From: Eledone cirrhosa
Taxonomy: Eukaryota
Length of the DNA stretch: 64,000 bases
Assembly: GCA_964016885.1 (NCBI GenBank)
Contig: OZ024762.1
Coordinates: forward strand, 8,184,001 to 8,248,000
Direction of reading: 5' to 3'
Shown: positions 11,790 through 27,691 of the stretch, in pieces
Layout of the letters: every line of letters begins with the position of its first letter
Numbering within the stretch: the stretch's first letter is position 1
Notes under the pieces: generated by a model
Told to the model about the DNA's origin: nothing
What the model saw: only the letters and a program-made list of their open reading frames with translations
Databases searched by the model: none
Translations under genes and position numbers: made by a program

Positions 11790-14700
11790 ATCACCAACAG
11801 AGTAATGACATCACCCTGCCTCCACCACCATCACCAACAGAGTACTGACATCACCACCACCTCCACCACCATCACCAACAGAGTACTGACATCACCCCGC
11901 CCCCCACCATCATTACCAACACAGTACTGACATCACCGCACCTGTACCATCATTACCAACAGAGTACTGACATCACCTCCACCACCAGAGTACTGACATC
12001 ACCGCCGCCTCCACCATCATTACCAACAGAGTACTGACATCACCACCGCCTCCACCATCGTTACCAACAGAGTACTGACATCACCCCGCCTCCACCACCA
12101 GAGTACTGACATCACCGCCGCCTCCACCACCATCACCAACAGAGTACTGACATCACCCTACCTCCACCACCATCACCAACAGAGTACTGACATCACCGCA
12201 CCTCCACCATCATTACCAACAGAGTACTGACATCACCCCGCCTCCACCACCAGAGTACTGACATCACCGCCGCCTCCACCATCATTACCAACAGAGTACT
12301 GACATCACCCCACCTCCACCACCAGAGTACTGACATCACCGCCGCCTCCACCATCATTACCAACACAGTACTGACATCACCGCCGCCTCCACCATCATTA
12401 CCAACAGAGTACTGACATCACCACCGCCTCCACCATCATTACCAACAGAGTACTGACATCACCACCGCCTCCACCATCATTACCAACACAGTACTGACAT
12501 CACCGCCGCCTCCACCATCATTACCAACACAGTACTGACAACACCGCCACCTCCACCATCATTACCAACACAGTACTGACAACACCGCCACCTCCACCAT
12601 CATTACCAACACAGTACTGACATCACCGCCGCCTCCACCATCATTACCAACACAGTACTGACAACACCGCCACCTCCACCATCATTACCAACACAGTACT
12701 GACATCACCACCGCCTCCACCATCATTACCAACACAGTACTGACATCACCGCCGCCTCCACCATCATTACCAACACAGTACTGACAACACCGCCACCTCC
12801 ACCATCATTACCAACACAGTACTGACAACACCGCCACCTCCACCATCATTACCAACACAGTACTGACAACACCGCCACCTCCACCATCATTACCAACACA
12901 GTACTGACAACACCGCCACCTCCACCATCATTACCAACAGAGTACTGACAACACCGCCACCTCCACCATCATTACCAACACAGTACTGACAACACCGCCA
13001 CCTCCACCATCATTACCAACACAGTACTGACATCACCGCCGCCTCCACCATCATTACCAACACAGTACTGACAACACCGCCACCTCCACCATCATTACCA
13101 ACAGAGTACTGACAACACCTCCACCTCCACCATCATTACCAACAGAGTACTGACATCACCACCGCCTCCACCATCATTACCAACACAGTACTGACAACAC
13201 CGCCACCTCCACCATCATTACCAACAGAGTACTGACAACACCTCCACCTCCACCATCATTACCAACAGAGTACTGACAACACCTCCACCTCCACCATCAT
13301 TACCAACACAGTACTGACAACACCTCCACCTCCACCATCATTTCCAACACAGTACTGACAACACCGCCACCTCCACCATCATTACCAACAGAGTACTGAC
13401 AACACCTCTACCTCCACCATCATTACCAACACAGTACTGACAACACCGCCACCTCCACCATCATTACCAACACAGTACTGACATCACCGCCGCCTCCACC
13501 ATCATTACCAACACAGTACTGACAACACCGCCACCTCCACCATCATTACCAACAGAGTACTGACAACACCTCCACCTCCACCATCATTACCAACAGAGTA
13601 CTGACAACACCTCCACCTCCACCATCATTACCAACAGAGTACTGACATCACCTCCACCTCCACCATCATTACCAACAGAGTACTGACATCACCACCACCT
13701 CCACCATCATTACCAACACAGTACTGACAACACCTCCACCTCCACCATCATTACCAACACAGTACTGACAACACCGCCACCTCCACCATCATTACCAACA
13801 GAGTACTGACAACACCTCCACCTCCACCATCATTACCAACAGAGTACTGACAACACCTCCACCTCCACCATCATTACCAACAGAGTACTGACATCACCAC
13901 CGCCTCCACCATCATTACCAACACAGTACTGACATCACCACCACCTCCACCATCATTACCAACACAGTACTGACAACACCTCCACCTCCACCATCATTAC
14001 CAACACAGTACTGACATCACCGCCGCCTCCACCATCATTACCAACAGAGTACTGACATCACCACCGCCTCCACCATCATTACCAACACAGTACTGACATC
14101 ACCGCCGCCTCCACCATCATTACCAACACAGTACTGACAACACCGCCACCTCCACCATCATTACCAACACAGTACTGACAACACCGCCACCTCCACCATC
14201 ATTACCAACACAGTACTGACATCACCACCACCTCCACCATCATTACCAACACAGTACTGACAACACCTCCACCTCCACCATCATTACCAACACAGTACTG
14301 ACAACACCGCCACCTCCACCATCATTACCAACAGAGTACTGACAACACCTCCACCTCCACCATCATTACCAACACAGTACTGACAACACCGCCACCTCCA
14401 CCATCATTACCAACACAGTACTGACATCACCGCCGCCTCCACCATCATTACCAACACAGTACTGACAACACCGCCACCTCCACCATCATTACCAACAGAG
14501 TACTGACAACACCTCCACCTCCACCATCATTACCAACAGAGTACTGACAACACCTCCACCTCCACCATCATTACCAACAGAGTACTGACATCACCTCCAC
14601 CTCCACCATCATTACCAACAGAGTACTGACATCACCACCATCTCCACCATCATTACCAACACAGTACTGACAACACCTCCACCTCCACCATCATTACCAA

Positions 14701-17700
14701 CACAGTACTGACAACACCGCCACCTCCACCATCATTACCAACAGAGTACTGACAACACCTCCACCTCCACCATCATTACCAACAGAGTACTGACAACACC
14801 TCCACCTCCACCATCATTACCAACAGAGTACTGACATCACCTCCACCTCCACCATCATTACCAACAGAGTACTGACATCACCACCACCTCCACCATCATT
14901 ACCAACACAGTACTGACAACACCTCCACCTCCACCATCATTACCAACACAGTACTGACAACACCTCCACCTCCACCATCATTACCAACAGAGTACTGACA
15001 ACACCGCCACCTCCACCATCATTACCAACAGAGTACTGACAACACCGCCACCTCCACCATCATTACCAACAGAGTACTGACAACACCGCCACCTCCACCA
15101 TCATTACCAACAGTGTACTGACATCACCACCGCCTCCACCATCGTTACCAACAGAGTACTGACATCACCGCCGCCTCCACCATCATTACCAACAGAGTAC
15201 TGACATCACCACCGCCTCCACCATCATTACCAACAGAGTACTGACAACACCTCCACCTCCACCATCGTTTCCAACAGAGTACTGACATCACCACCGCCTC
15301 CACCATCATTACCAACACAGTACTGACAACACCACCGCCTCCACCATCAATACCAACAGAGTACTGACATCACCACCGCCTCCACCATCAATACCAACAG
15401 AGTACTGACATCACCGCCGCCTCCACCATCATTACCAACAGAGTACTGACAACACCCCAACTCCACCATCATTACCAACAGAGTACTGACATCACCACCG
15501 CCTCCACCATCATTACCAACAGAGTACTGACATCACCACCGCCTCCACCATCATTACCAACACAGTACTGACATCACCCCACCTCCACCATTATTACCAA
15601 CACAGTACTGACATCACTGCCACCTCCACCATCATTACCAACAGAGTACTGACAACACCACCGCTTCCACCATCATTACCAACAGAGTACTGACATCACC
15701 ACCGCCTCCACCATCATTACCAACAGAGTACTGACAACACCACCGCCTCCACCATCATTACCAACAGAGTACTGACATCACCCCACCTCCACCATCATTA
15801 CCAACACAGTACTGACATCACTGCCACCTCCACCATCATTACCAACAGAGTACTGACAACACCACCGCCTCCACCATCATTACCAACACAGTACTGACAT
15901 CACCCCACCTCCACCATCATTAGCAACACAGTACTGACATCACCCCACCTCCACCATCATTACCAACACAGTACTGACAACACCACCGCCTCCACCATCA
16001 TTACCAACACAGTACTGATATCACCACCGCCTCCACCATCATTACCAACACAGTACTGACATCACCTCCACCTCCACCATCATTACCAACAGAGTACTGA
16101 CAACACCACCGCCTCCACCATCATTACCAACACAGTACTGACAACACCACCGCCTCCACCATCATTACCAACACAGTACTGATATCACCACCACCTCCAC
16201 CATCATTACCAACACAGTACTGACATCACCTCCACCTCCACCATCATTACCAACACAGTACTCATATCACCACCACCTCCACCATCATTACCAACACAGT
16301 ACTGACAACACCACCACCTCCACCATCATTACCAACACAGTACTGATATCACCACCACCTCCACCATCATTACCAACACAGTACTGACATCACCTCCACC
16401 TCCACCATCATTACCAACACAGTACTGATATCACCACCACCTCCACCATCATTACCAACAGAGTACTGACAACACCACCGCCTCCACCATCATTACCAAC
16501 ACAGTACTGACATCACCACCACCTCCACCATCATTACCAACACAGTACTGATATCACCACCACCTCCACCATCATTACCAACACAGTACTGACAACACCA
16601 CCACCTCCACCATCATTACCAACACAGTACTGATATCACCACCACCTCCACCATCATTACCAACACAGTACTGACATCACCTCCACCTCCACCATCATTA
16701 CCAACACAGTACTGATATCACCACCACCTCCACCATCATTACCAACACAGTACTGACATCACCTCCACCTCCACCATCATTACCAACACAGTACTGATAT
16801 CACCACCACCTCCACCATCATTACCAACACAGTACTGACATCACCTCCACCTCCACCATCATTACCAACACAGTACTGATATCACCACCACCTCCACCAT
16901 CATTACCAACAGAGTACTGACAACACCACCGCCTCCACCATCATTACCAACACAGTACTGACATCACCACCACCTCCACCATCATTACCAACACAGTACT
17001 GATATCACCACCACCTCCACCATCATTACCAACACAGTACTGACAACACCACCACCTCCACCATCATTACCAACACAGTACTGATATCACCACCACCTCC
17101 ACCATCATTACCAACACAGTACTGACATCACCTCCACCTCCACCATCATTACCAACACAGTACTGATATCACCACCACCTCCACCATCATTACCAACAGA
17201 GTACTGACAACACCACCGCCTCCACCATCATTACCAACACAGTACTGACATCACCACCACCTCCACCATCATTACCAACACAGTACTGATATCACCACCA
17301 CCTCCACCATCATTACCAACACAGTACTGACATCACCTCCACCTCCACCATCATTACCAACACAGTACTGATATCACCCCACCTCCACCATCATTACCAA
17401 CACAGTACTGACAACACCTCCACCTCCACCACCATTACCAACACAGTACTGACAACACCTCCACCTCCACCATCATTACCAACAGAGTACTGACAACACC
17501 ACCACCTCCACCATCATTACCAACACAGTACTGACAACACCACCGCCTCCACCATCATTACCAACAGAGTACTGACATCACCACCGCCTCCACCATCATT
17601 ACAAACACAGTACTGACATCACCACCGCCTCCACCATCATTACCAACACAGTACTGACATCACCCCACCTCCACCATCATTACCAACACAGTACTGACAT

Positions 17701-20700
17701 CACCCCACCTCCACCATCATTACCAACACAGTACTGACATCAACACCGCCTCCACCATTATTACCAACAGAGTACTGACATCACCCCACCTCCACCATCG
17801 TTACCAACACAGTACTGACATCACCGCTGCCTCCACCATCATTACCAACAGAGTACTGACAACACCCCACCTCCACCATCATTACCAACACAGTACTGAC
17901 ATCACCGCTGCCTCCACCATCATTACCAACAGAGTACTGACATCACCACCGCCTCCACCATCATTACCAACAGAGTACTGACAACACCTCCACCTCCACC
18001 ATCATTACCAACAGAGTACTGACAACACCGCCACCTCCACCATCATTACCAACAGAGTACTGACAACACCCCACCTCCACCATCATTACCAACAGAGTAC
18101 TGACAACACCGCCACCTCCACCATCATTACCAACAGAGTACTGACATCACCACCGCCTCCACCATCATTACCAACAGAGTACTGACAACACCTCCACCTC
18201 CACCATCATTACCAACAGAGTACTGGCATCACCGCCGCCTCCACCATCATTACCAACAGAGTACTGACATCACCCCACCTCCACCATCATTACCAACAGA
18301 GTACTGACATCACCACCGCCTCCACCATCATTACCAACAGAGTACTGACATCACCCCACCTCCACCATCATTACCAACACAGTACTGACAACACCACCGC
18401 CTCCACCATCATTACCAACACAGTACTGATATCACCACCGCCTCCACCATCATTACCAACACAGTACTGACAACACCACCGCCTCCACCATCAATACCAA
18501 CAGAGTACTGACATCACCCCACCTCCACCATCATTACCAACATAGTACTGACAACACCACCGCCTCCACCATCGTTACCAACAGAGTACTGACATCACCG
18601 CCGCCTCCACCATCATTACCAACAGAGTACTGACATCACCACCGCCTCCACCATCATTACCAACAGAGTACTGACATCACCACCGCCTCCACCATCATTA
18701 CCAACAGAGTACTGACAACACCTCCACCTCCACCATCGTTACCAACAGAGTACTGACATCACCACCGCCTCCACCATCATTACCAACACAGTACTGACAA
18801 CACCACCACCTCCACCATCAATACCAACAGAGTACTGACAACACCACCACCTCCACCATCATTATCAACAGAGTACTGACAACACCCCACCTCCACCATC
18901 GTTACCAACAGAGTACTGACATCACCCCACCTCCACCATCATTACCAACAGAGTACTGACATCACCACCGCCTCCACCATCATTACCAACACAGTACTGA
19001 CATCACCCCACCTCCACCATCATTACCAACACAGTACAGACAACACCACCGCCTCCACCATCATTACCAACAGAGTACTGACAACACCACCGCCTCCACC
19101 ATCATTACCAACAGAGTACTGACATCACCCCCGCCTCCACCATCATTACCAACAGAGTACTGACATCACCACCGCCTCCACCATCATTACAAACAGAGTA
19201 CTGACATCACCACCGCCTCCACCATCATTACCAACACAGTACTGACAACACCACCGCCTCCACCATCATTACCAACACAGTACTGACAACACCTCCACCT
19301 CCACCATCATTACCAACACAGTACTGACAACACCTCCACCTCCACCATCATTACCAACACAGTACTGACAACACCTCCACCTCCACCATCATTACCAACA
19401 GAGTACTGACAACACCGCCACCTCCACCATCATTACCAACAGAGTACTGACAACACCGCCACCTCCACCATCATTACCAACAGAGTACTGACAACACCTC
19501 CACCTCCACCATCATTACCAACACAGTACTGACATCACCTCCACCTCCACCATCATTACCAACAGAGTACTGACAACACCTCCACCTCCACCATCATTAC
19601 CAACAGAGTACTGACAACACCTCCACCTCCACCATCATTACCAACACAGTACTGACATCACCTCCACCTCCACCATCATTACCAACACAGTACTGACATC
19701 ACCACCGCCTCCACCATCATTACCAACAGAGTACTGACAACACCACCGCCTCCACCATCATTACCAACACAGTACTGATATCACCACCGCCTCCACCATC
19801 ATTACCAACAGAGTACTGACAACACCTCCACCTCCACCATCATTACCAACACAGTACTGACATCACCTCCACCTCCACCATCATTACCAAGACAGTACTG
19901 ACAACACCTCCACCTCCACCATCATTACCAACACAGTACTGACATCACCTCCACCTCCACCATCATTACCAACAGAGTACTGACAACACCTCCACCTCCA
20001 CCATCGTTACCAACAGAGTACTGACATCACCACCGCCTCCACCATCGTTACCAACACAGTACTGACAACACCTCCACCTCCACCATCAATACCAACAGAG
20101 TACTGACATCACCACCGCCTCCACCATCGTTACCAACACAGTACTGACAACACCTCCACCTCCACCATCAATACCAACAGAGTACTGACATCACCACCGC
20201 CTCCACCATCGTTACCAACACAGTACTGACAACACCTCCACCTCCACCATCATTACCAACACAGTACTGACATCACCTCCACCATCATTACCAACAGAGT
20301 ACTGACAACACCTCCACCTCCACCATCATTACCAACAGAGTACTGACATCACCACCGCCTCCACCATCATTACCAACACAGTACTGACAACACCACCGCC
20401 TCCACCATCAATACCAACAGAGTACTGACATCACCACCGCCTCCACCATCATTACCAACAGAGTACTGACAACACCTCCACCTCCACCATCATTACCAAC
20501 ACAGTACTGACATCACCTCCACCTCCACCATCATTACCAACACAGTACTGACATCACCACCGCCTCCACCATCATTACCAACACAGTACTGACATCACCA
20601 CCGCCTCCACCATCATTACCAACAGAGTACTGACAACACCACCGCCTCCACCATCATTACCAACACAGTACTGACATCACCTCCACCTCCACCATCATTA

Positions 20701-21092
20701 CCAACACAGTACTGACATCACCACCGCCTCCACCATCATTACCAACACAGTACTGACATCACCACCGCCTCCACCATCATTACCAACACAGTACTGACAT
20801 CACCACCGCCTCCACCATCATTACCAACAGAGTACTGACATCACCGCCGCCTCCACCATCATTACCAACAGAGTACTGACATCACCACCGCCTCCACCAT
20901 CATTACCAACACAGTACTGACATCACCACCGCCTCCACCATCATTACCAACGGAGTACTGACATCACCCCACCTCCACCATCATTACCAACAGAGTACTG
21001 ACATCACCACCGCCTCCACCATCATTACCAACACAGTACTGACATCACCACCGCCTCCACCATCATTACCAACACAGTACTGATATCACCCA
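11790..21092. repeat. 41-bp tandem satellite, about 225 copies
   Basis: Consensus cagtactgacatcaccaccgcctccaccatcattaccaaca (units at 12571 and 12612); a few 40-bp and deleted units; no spacers. Confidence 0.97.
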
Positions 21093-21451
21093 GTTATCTC
21101 AATATGTCTGGGAGAATTTGAAAAAAAAAGCTATGGGCTCTGATCTACCTCCTTAAAAAAACACACACACACACACACACACACACTCATCTTATACATG
21201 TATACATATACATATACATATATATACCGACATATACATACATACCATTTATACATGTACATTTCTGCATGTGTCTATGTGTATGAGCATATGGCATATG
21301 TGTGTGTGTGTGTATATATATATATATGTATGTGTATATATATATATGTGTGTGTATATATGTGTGTGTGCGTATAAGGTTGTAAGGTGCGAGTGTCTGT
21401 GAATATGTATATGTATATGTGTATATATATATATATATGCATGTGTATGTC

Positions 21452-21492
<41 letters not shown>

Positions 21493-22065
21493 AGCGTATG
21501 TGTGTGTGCAAGTTTGTAAGGTGCTTGTGTGTGTGTGTGTGTATACGAGTGTGTGTGTATGTGTGTATACGAGTATGTGTGTGTGTGTGTAAATAGAGCA
21601 AGTGAAAGATTCTGATGTGACAGTTAAAGAATTATGAGAGAAAAAAAAAGGAGAGAGAGAGAGAGAGAGAGATGATATAGCAGAGAGAGAGAGAGTGAGA
21701 GAGATGATATGAGAGAGAGATATGATATAGCAGAGAGAGAGTGAGGGAGATGATATGAGAGAGAGTGAGAGATATGATATAACAGAGAGAGAGTGAGAGA
21801 GATGATATGAGAGAGATATGACATAGCAGAGAGAGAGTGAGAGAGATGATATGAGAGAGAGATATGATATAGCAGAGAGAGAGTGAGTGAGAGAGAAAGG
21901 AGAATGTGGTGGTAGTGGTGGGAGGATATGAGTCAACAGTGAGAGGAGGAAGGGGAGGAGTATCAGAATGAGGCCAAGGTCTCACAGTTTGGAATATAAA
22001 ACAAAAATAAAAGAAAGGGAAAAAATCAACACAAAGACGAAACCAGAACAGCAAATATTATAGCA

Positions 22066-24220
22066 GCTACTGTATTGTAGTATTGGTAGTGGTGTAGTGG
22101 TGGTGGTGTACTGTATTGTAGTAGTGGTAGTACTGTATTGTAGTATTGGTAGTGGTGTAGTGGTGGTGGTGTACTGTATTGTAGTAGTGGTAGTACTGTA
22201 TTGTAGTATTGGTAGTGGTGTAGTGGTGGTGGTGTACTGTATTGTAATATTGGTAGTGGTAGTACTGTATTGTAGTATTGGTAGTGGTGTAGTGGTGGTG
22301 GTGTACTGTATTGTAGTAGTGGTAGTACTGTATTGTAGTATTGGTAGTGGTGTAGTGGTGGTGGTGTACTGTATTGTAGTAGTGGTAGTACTGTATTGTA
22401 GTATTGGTAGTGGTGTAGTGGTGGTGGTGTACTGTATTGTAATATTGGTAGTGGTAGTACTGTATTGTAGTATTGGTAGTGGTGTAGTGGTGGTGGTGTA
22501 CTGTATTGTAGTAGTGGTAGTACTGTATTGTAGTATTGGTAGTGGTGTAGTGGTGGTGGTGTACTGTATTGTAATATTGGTAGTGGTAGTACTGTATTGT
22601 AGTATTGGTAGTGGTGATGGTGTATTGTATTGTAGTATTGGTAGTGGTGTAGTGGTGGTACTGTATTGTAGTATTGGTAGTGGTGGTGGTGGTACTGTAT
22701 TGTAGTATTGGTAGTGGTGTACTGGTGGTGGTGGTACTGTATTGTAGTATTGGTAGGGTGTAGTGGTGGTGGTGTACTGTATTGTAGTATTGGTAGTGGT
22801 GTAGTGGTGGTACTGTATTGTAGTATTGGTAGTGGTGGTGGTGGTACTGTATTGTAGTATTGGTAGTGGTGTACTGGTGGTGGTGGTACTGTATTGTAGT
22901 ATTGGTAGTGGTGTAGTGGTGGTAGTAGTACTGTATTGTAGTATTGGTAGTGGTGTACTGGTGGTGGTGGTACTGTATTGTAGTATTGGTAGTGGTAGTA
23001 CTGTATTGTAGTATTGGTAGTGGCGTAGTGGTGGTGGAGTACTGTATTGTAGTATTGGTAGTGGTGTGGTGGTGTACTTTATTGTAGTATTGGTAGTGGT
23101 GTAGTGGTGGTGGTGGTACTGTATTGTAGTATTGGTAGTGGTGTAGTGGTGGTGGTAGTACTGTATTGTAGTATTGGTAGAGGTGTACTGGTGGTGGTAG
23201 TACTGTATTGTAGTATTGGTAGTGGTGTGGTGGTGGTAGTGTGGTGGTGGTGGTGTAGTAGTGGTAGTACTATGTTATAGTATTGGTGGTGGTGGTATGG
23301 TGGTGTTACTGTGTTGTGGTGGGGTAGTTGTGGTGTGGCGGTATAGTGGTGGTGTATTGGTGGTTGTGTTGTGGTGGTAGTGGTGGTAGTGTTATGGTGG
23401 TATTGGTGGTGGTGTAGTGGTGGTTTTGGTGGTAGTGTTATGGTGGTATTGGTGGTGGTATAGTGGTGGTAGTGGTGGTAGTGTTATGGTGGTATTGGTG
23501 CAGTGATGGTTTTGGTGGTAGTGTTATGGTGGTATTGGTGGTAGTGTTATGGTGGTATTGGTGGTGGCGTAGTGGTGGTATTGGTGGTAGTGTTATGATG
23601 GTAGTGGTATTGGTGGAGTTATGGTGGTATTGGTGGTGTAGTGGTGGTAGTGTTGTAGTGGTATTGGTGGTGTTATGGTGGTATTGGTGGTAGTGTTGTG
23701 GTGGTATTGGTGGTGTTGGTATTGTAATGGTGTTGTGGTATCGGTGGTGGTGGCATGGTGTTGGAGTAGTAGAGGTGGTGGTATTGTAGTGGTGGTGGTG
23801 GTATAGTGTTGATGTTGTAGAGGTGGTGGTATTGTATGGTATTGTTGTGGTGGTGATGATGGTGGTGGTGTGGTGGTAGTGATGTGGTGGCAGTGGTGTA
23901 ATGGTGGTTTTGTGGTATTGTTGATGGTGTTGTGGTGTGGTGGTGTTGTGGTGGTGTTGTGATATTGTTGATGGTGTTGTGGTGGTGGTGTTGTGGTGGT
24001 GTGGTGGTGGTGTTGTGGTGGTGATGTGGTGGCAGTGGTGTAATGGTGGTGTTGTGGTATTGTTGATGGTGTTGTGGTGTTGGTGTTGTGGTGGTGGTGG
24101 TGTTGTGGTATTGTTGATGGTGTTGTGGTGGTGGTGGTGTTGTGGTGGTGTATTGTGGTGTGTGTAGTTGTAATGGTGGCAATGTGTGGTATTGCTGCAG
24201 TTGGTGATGGTGATGATGTA
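22066..24220. repeat. G/T-rich minisatellite (gtactgtattgtagtattggtagtggt...) decaying into (GGT)n
   Basis: Higher-order units of about 66 and 72 bp in 22070-22600. Confidence 0.9.
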
Positions 24221-25014
24221 ATAACAGGGGGAGAAAGAGTTGTAAGATGAGAGAGAGAACAACCCCACCACTGCCACACTGTCTCCAGTGCAAGTTTACA
24301 GTAAAATAGTTTTCCATCATAGTGGCTAACACACACATATATATACACATACACACACACATACATACATACACACACATGCATATACACGCATACATAC
24401 ACATACATATATATACACACATATACACACATACATACACTTACACACATACATACATACACTTACACACACATACATACATACACTTACACACACATAC
24501 ATACACATATATATATACATATACACACATACATACACTTACACACACATTATATATATATATACACACATACACATACACGCATACATACACATACATA
24601 TATACATATACACACATACATACACTTACACACACACACATATACACGCATACATACACACACACATATATATATATATACATACATATACATACACACA
24701 TGCACAGTTAGACATGTTGGTCCCATGGTGGTCCATACATGGCAATACCATTTGAAAATATATTAACTACTTTTTTACAAATTTATCTTAAATTTTCATA
24801 TTTTGAAAATATACTACCTGAAAATTTATTATGGAAAATTTCCAAATTTCCAGGTAAAGTTTTTAAAATAAAAAATTTAAAATAATTAAAATAAATATTT
24901 GGTAAAAAAAAAAAGTTAAAAATAAATTTTTGATAAAAAAAAAAGTTAAAAATAAATATTTGGTAAAAAAAAAAGTTAAAAATAAATTTTTGGTAAAAAA
25001 AAAAGACTAAAATA

Positions 25015-25185
25015 ATGATTTCTATTTTAGGCACAAGGCCAGCAATTTGGGGAGAGGGGAAAGTCGATTAAATCAACCTCAGTGCATTACTGGTACTTTA
25101 TTTTATCGACCTCGTAAGGATTTGAACTCAGAATGTAAAGGGCCATAACTCTATGCTGCTAAGCATGTTGTCCGACAGTCTACTG
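25015..25185 (-). mobile_element. SINE family B, internally deleted
   Basis: ttttaggcacaaggccagcaa...actggtactttattttatcgac...gatttgaactcaga. Confidence 0.7.
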
Positions 25186-26244
25186 ATACACCACACACAT
25201 CACACCACACTACACCATACCACACCACACATCACATCACCCTACACCACACTACCACACACCACACCACACTACACTATACACCACACCATACAACACC
25301 ACACCACACTACACTATACACCACACCATACCACACTACACCACACCACACTACACCACACACCACACTACACCACACCACACTACACTATACACCACAC
25401 CATACCACACTACACCACACACCACACTACACCACACTACACTACACACTACACCACACCACACACCACGCTACACACTACACTACACCACACACCACAC
25501 TACACCACACCACACTACACCACACTACACGACACACTACACCACACCCACACCACACTACACCATAATATATAAGTCAATGTCAAACCACCCACGTCTT
25601 CATAGCTTAATTGAATTATATTCACTTCCTTATCATGAATAAACACACACACACACACACATATATATATACATATTCACATACATACACACAAACAAAT
25701 ATATATATATACACATATATACAAATGTATATATATATATGCACACACACATATATATATATATACATTTATACTTACACACACACATATTATATATTCA
25801 TGTATACATAAATACATACATGTATATACACACGTTTTACTCTTTTAACTGTTCCAGCTGACAGACTGAGGCCAAGCTGGGGCATGGCCATATTTACTAC
25901 ACATTTTTCTGGAAAACATTGATATTCATTCCATGTTGGTCTCTCAAGTTTATTGGCAACCTATTAAAGAGCTGGGGGGAGGGGGGGTCCTTCAACCCCA
26001 AGCTATTGCAGTATCAGGTCCCTAGTCTAGATGTGAATTTATGGGACCTTTGGTACTACACAGTAGTGCCCTGTTCGAGAGTTGGCCCAGTTCTCTATAC
26101 CAAAGTTTGGCGCTAATCCTTCCAGGATCTTCTACATATAGCTGGATGCCAACCACTTTACGTGTACTGGGAACGTGATTTCTACAGCTGGATGCCCTTC
26201 CTAACACCAACCATTTTACAGCGTGGTTTCTACACAAGGATCTT

Positions 26245-26282
<38 letters not shown>

Positions 26283-26312
26283 AGATCAAAAGATGGTTAA
26301 AGGAGTTCCATG

Positions 26313-26382
26313 TATTTTATTATGCGCATTTCAAAAACAAACATCGTCATGCAATAATATTTGTGTTTTCATCAGATAAAAC
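26313..26382 (-). ncRNA. HHR family B, in an element (26275-26440) inserted into a TA tract
   Basis: Reverse complement of the 5935-6005 motif. Confidence 0.7.
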
Positions 26383-26562
26383 AGGAGGACATGATATGAA
26401 GGCTAAAAAACACTTGTGGATAGTGCAGTTTTAAATCTACATATATATATATATATATCCCTGTATCAACATATATATATATATCCCTGTATCTCTCCCG
26501 TCTTCACTCCAGGCAGTAGAGCTCTAGTTCTTTCAGTCTCTCCCAGTGGTTCATCTCCTTCA

Positions 26563-26778
26563 ATAACCCTTTAGCATTTAAACCACCCATATCCGGCCAG
26601 GATTCTCTCACCTCTTTCTGTTCAAACCGGCTGTAACCAGCTGCTCATACTTATGTTAAGGTATTGTTCTCACAATAAATAATATCAAAATCTCGTAGGT
26701 TCAATATTATGTGAGATAAAGTGTTTACCTTGAAAATACAATAGTATATATAGAGTAATGTAAATGCTAAAAGGTTAA
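26563..26778. mobile_element. piggyBac-type MITE (other copies at 46905-47120 and 48304-48499; left end at 63784)
   Basis: TTAA-CCCTTTAGCATT ... AATGCTAAAGGG-TTAA type termini (some bases mutated in each copy). Confidence 0.75.
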
Positions 26779-27536
26779 GGTAATCTTGGTGTAGCTTTGT
26801 TGGATTGCTTCAAGTTCTGCAGTAAGTTTGACACTGTGGGGTGACCACAGCTGGGAGCAATAGTCCAGTTGGCTGAGGACAAATGTCCTCCAAAGGACCA
26901 ACATGGTTTCCTGGTCACTTGTCCTAAAATACCTCAGAATCCATTAAGCCAGTTGTCTCTACACTACTGCCATCTTATGTTATAGACATGAAGCATAAAT
27001 GTATGTAATGTATATATATTTATATTTATAAAGGGGTGGTCAATATTGGGTCTTAAAACCTTGGGTAGCACTTTTGTTCCATGTAGCGTACAGAATCCTT
27101 ACAATATTAATGTGTGTGTATATATATATACGCAAAGGGCGGAGGAACTCAACAGAGTCAATGGCCATCCAAATAATAGTTGTTTTTTTTGTTTTTTTTC
27201 TTGACCTGGGAGTGAAAGGCCCTCAGATGTTGTCACAACACCTTTCTAAGAGAGGGAAACTCTGAAAAAAAACCTGCGGCTTCGGAAGCATCTGATGATG
27301 TTGACCAGTTCTCCTTTTTAGGTAGTGTTTTCGATGCTCAGAGAGTGGGATTGGTCGAGTGCAAGGCCTTTCCCCACTTAAAAAACATTCAAAGCACAGG
27401 CATTGCTTGTTCAGGATCTGTTACAGGTTCGTGTGGCTGGCCATAGCCTAAAAATGCATCATTTTTGGTAATCTGACAAACAATTGCAATACTCTCAGCA
27501 GAGTTTGCAGCCATCATATATATACACACACACACA

Positions 27537-27567
<31 letters not shown>

Positions 27568-27691
27568 GCAAAAGTTCTATTTAAATTGTAGGGATACAAC
27601 AAGCAAATATTTTTATCCGGGAGCTTCCAACAGTAATGGTTGCATTTTTTAAGGGTATGTCAATATTTATTTATAAAACTGATCTATATTA

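Larger units (their letters stand above)
26180..27079. repeat. Left copy of an inverted duplication (partner 46604-47332)
   Basis: 26480-27079 is the reverse complement of 46604-47200 with only about five differences counted by eye. Confidence 0.92.

Noticed and set aside
11790-21092. CRISPR-like array
   Set aside because: No unique spacers and no cas genes; eukaryotic context; plain tandem satellite
27292-27320. CTGATGA here and at 21612 (ctgatgt) and 53219 as HHR cores
   Set aside because: No stem II followed by GAAA at the required spacing
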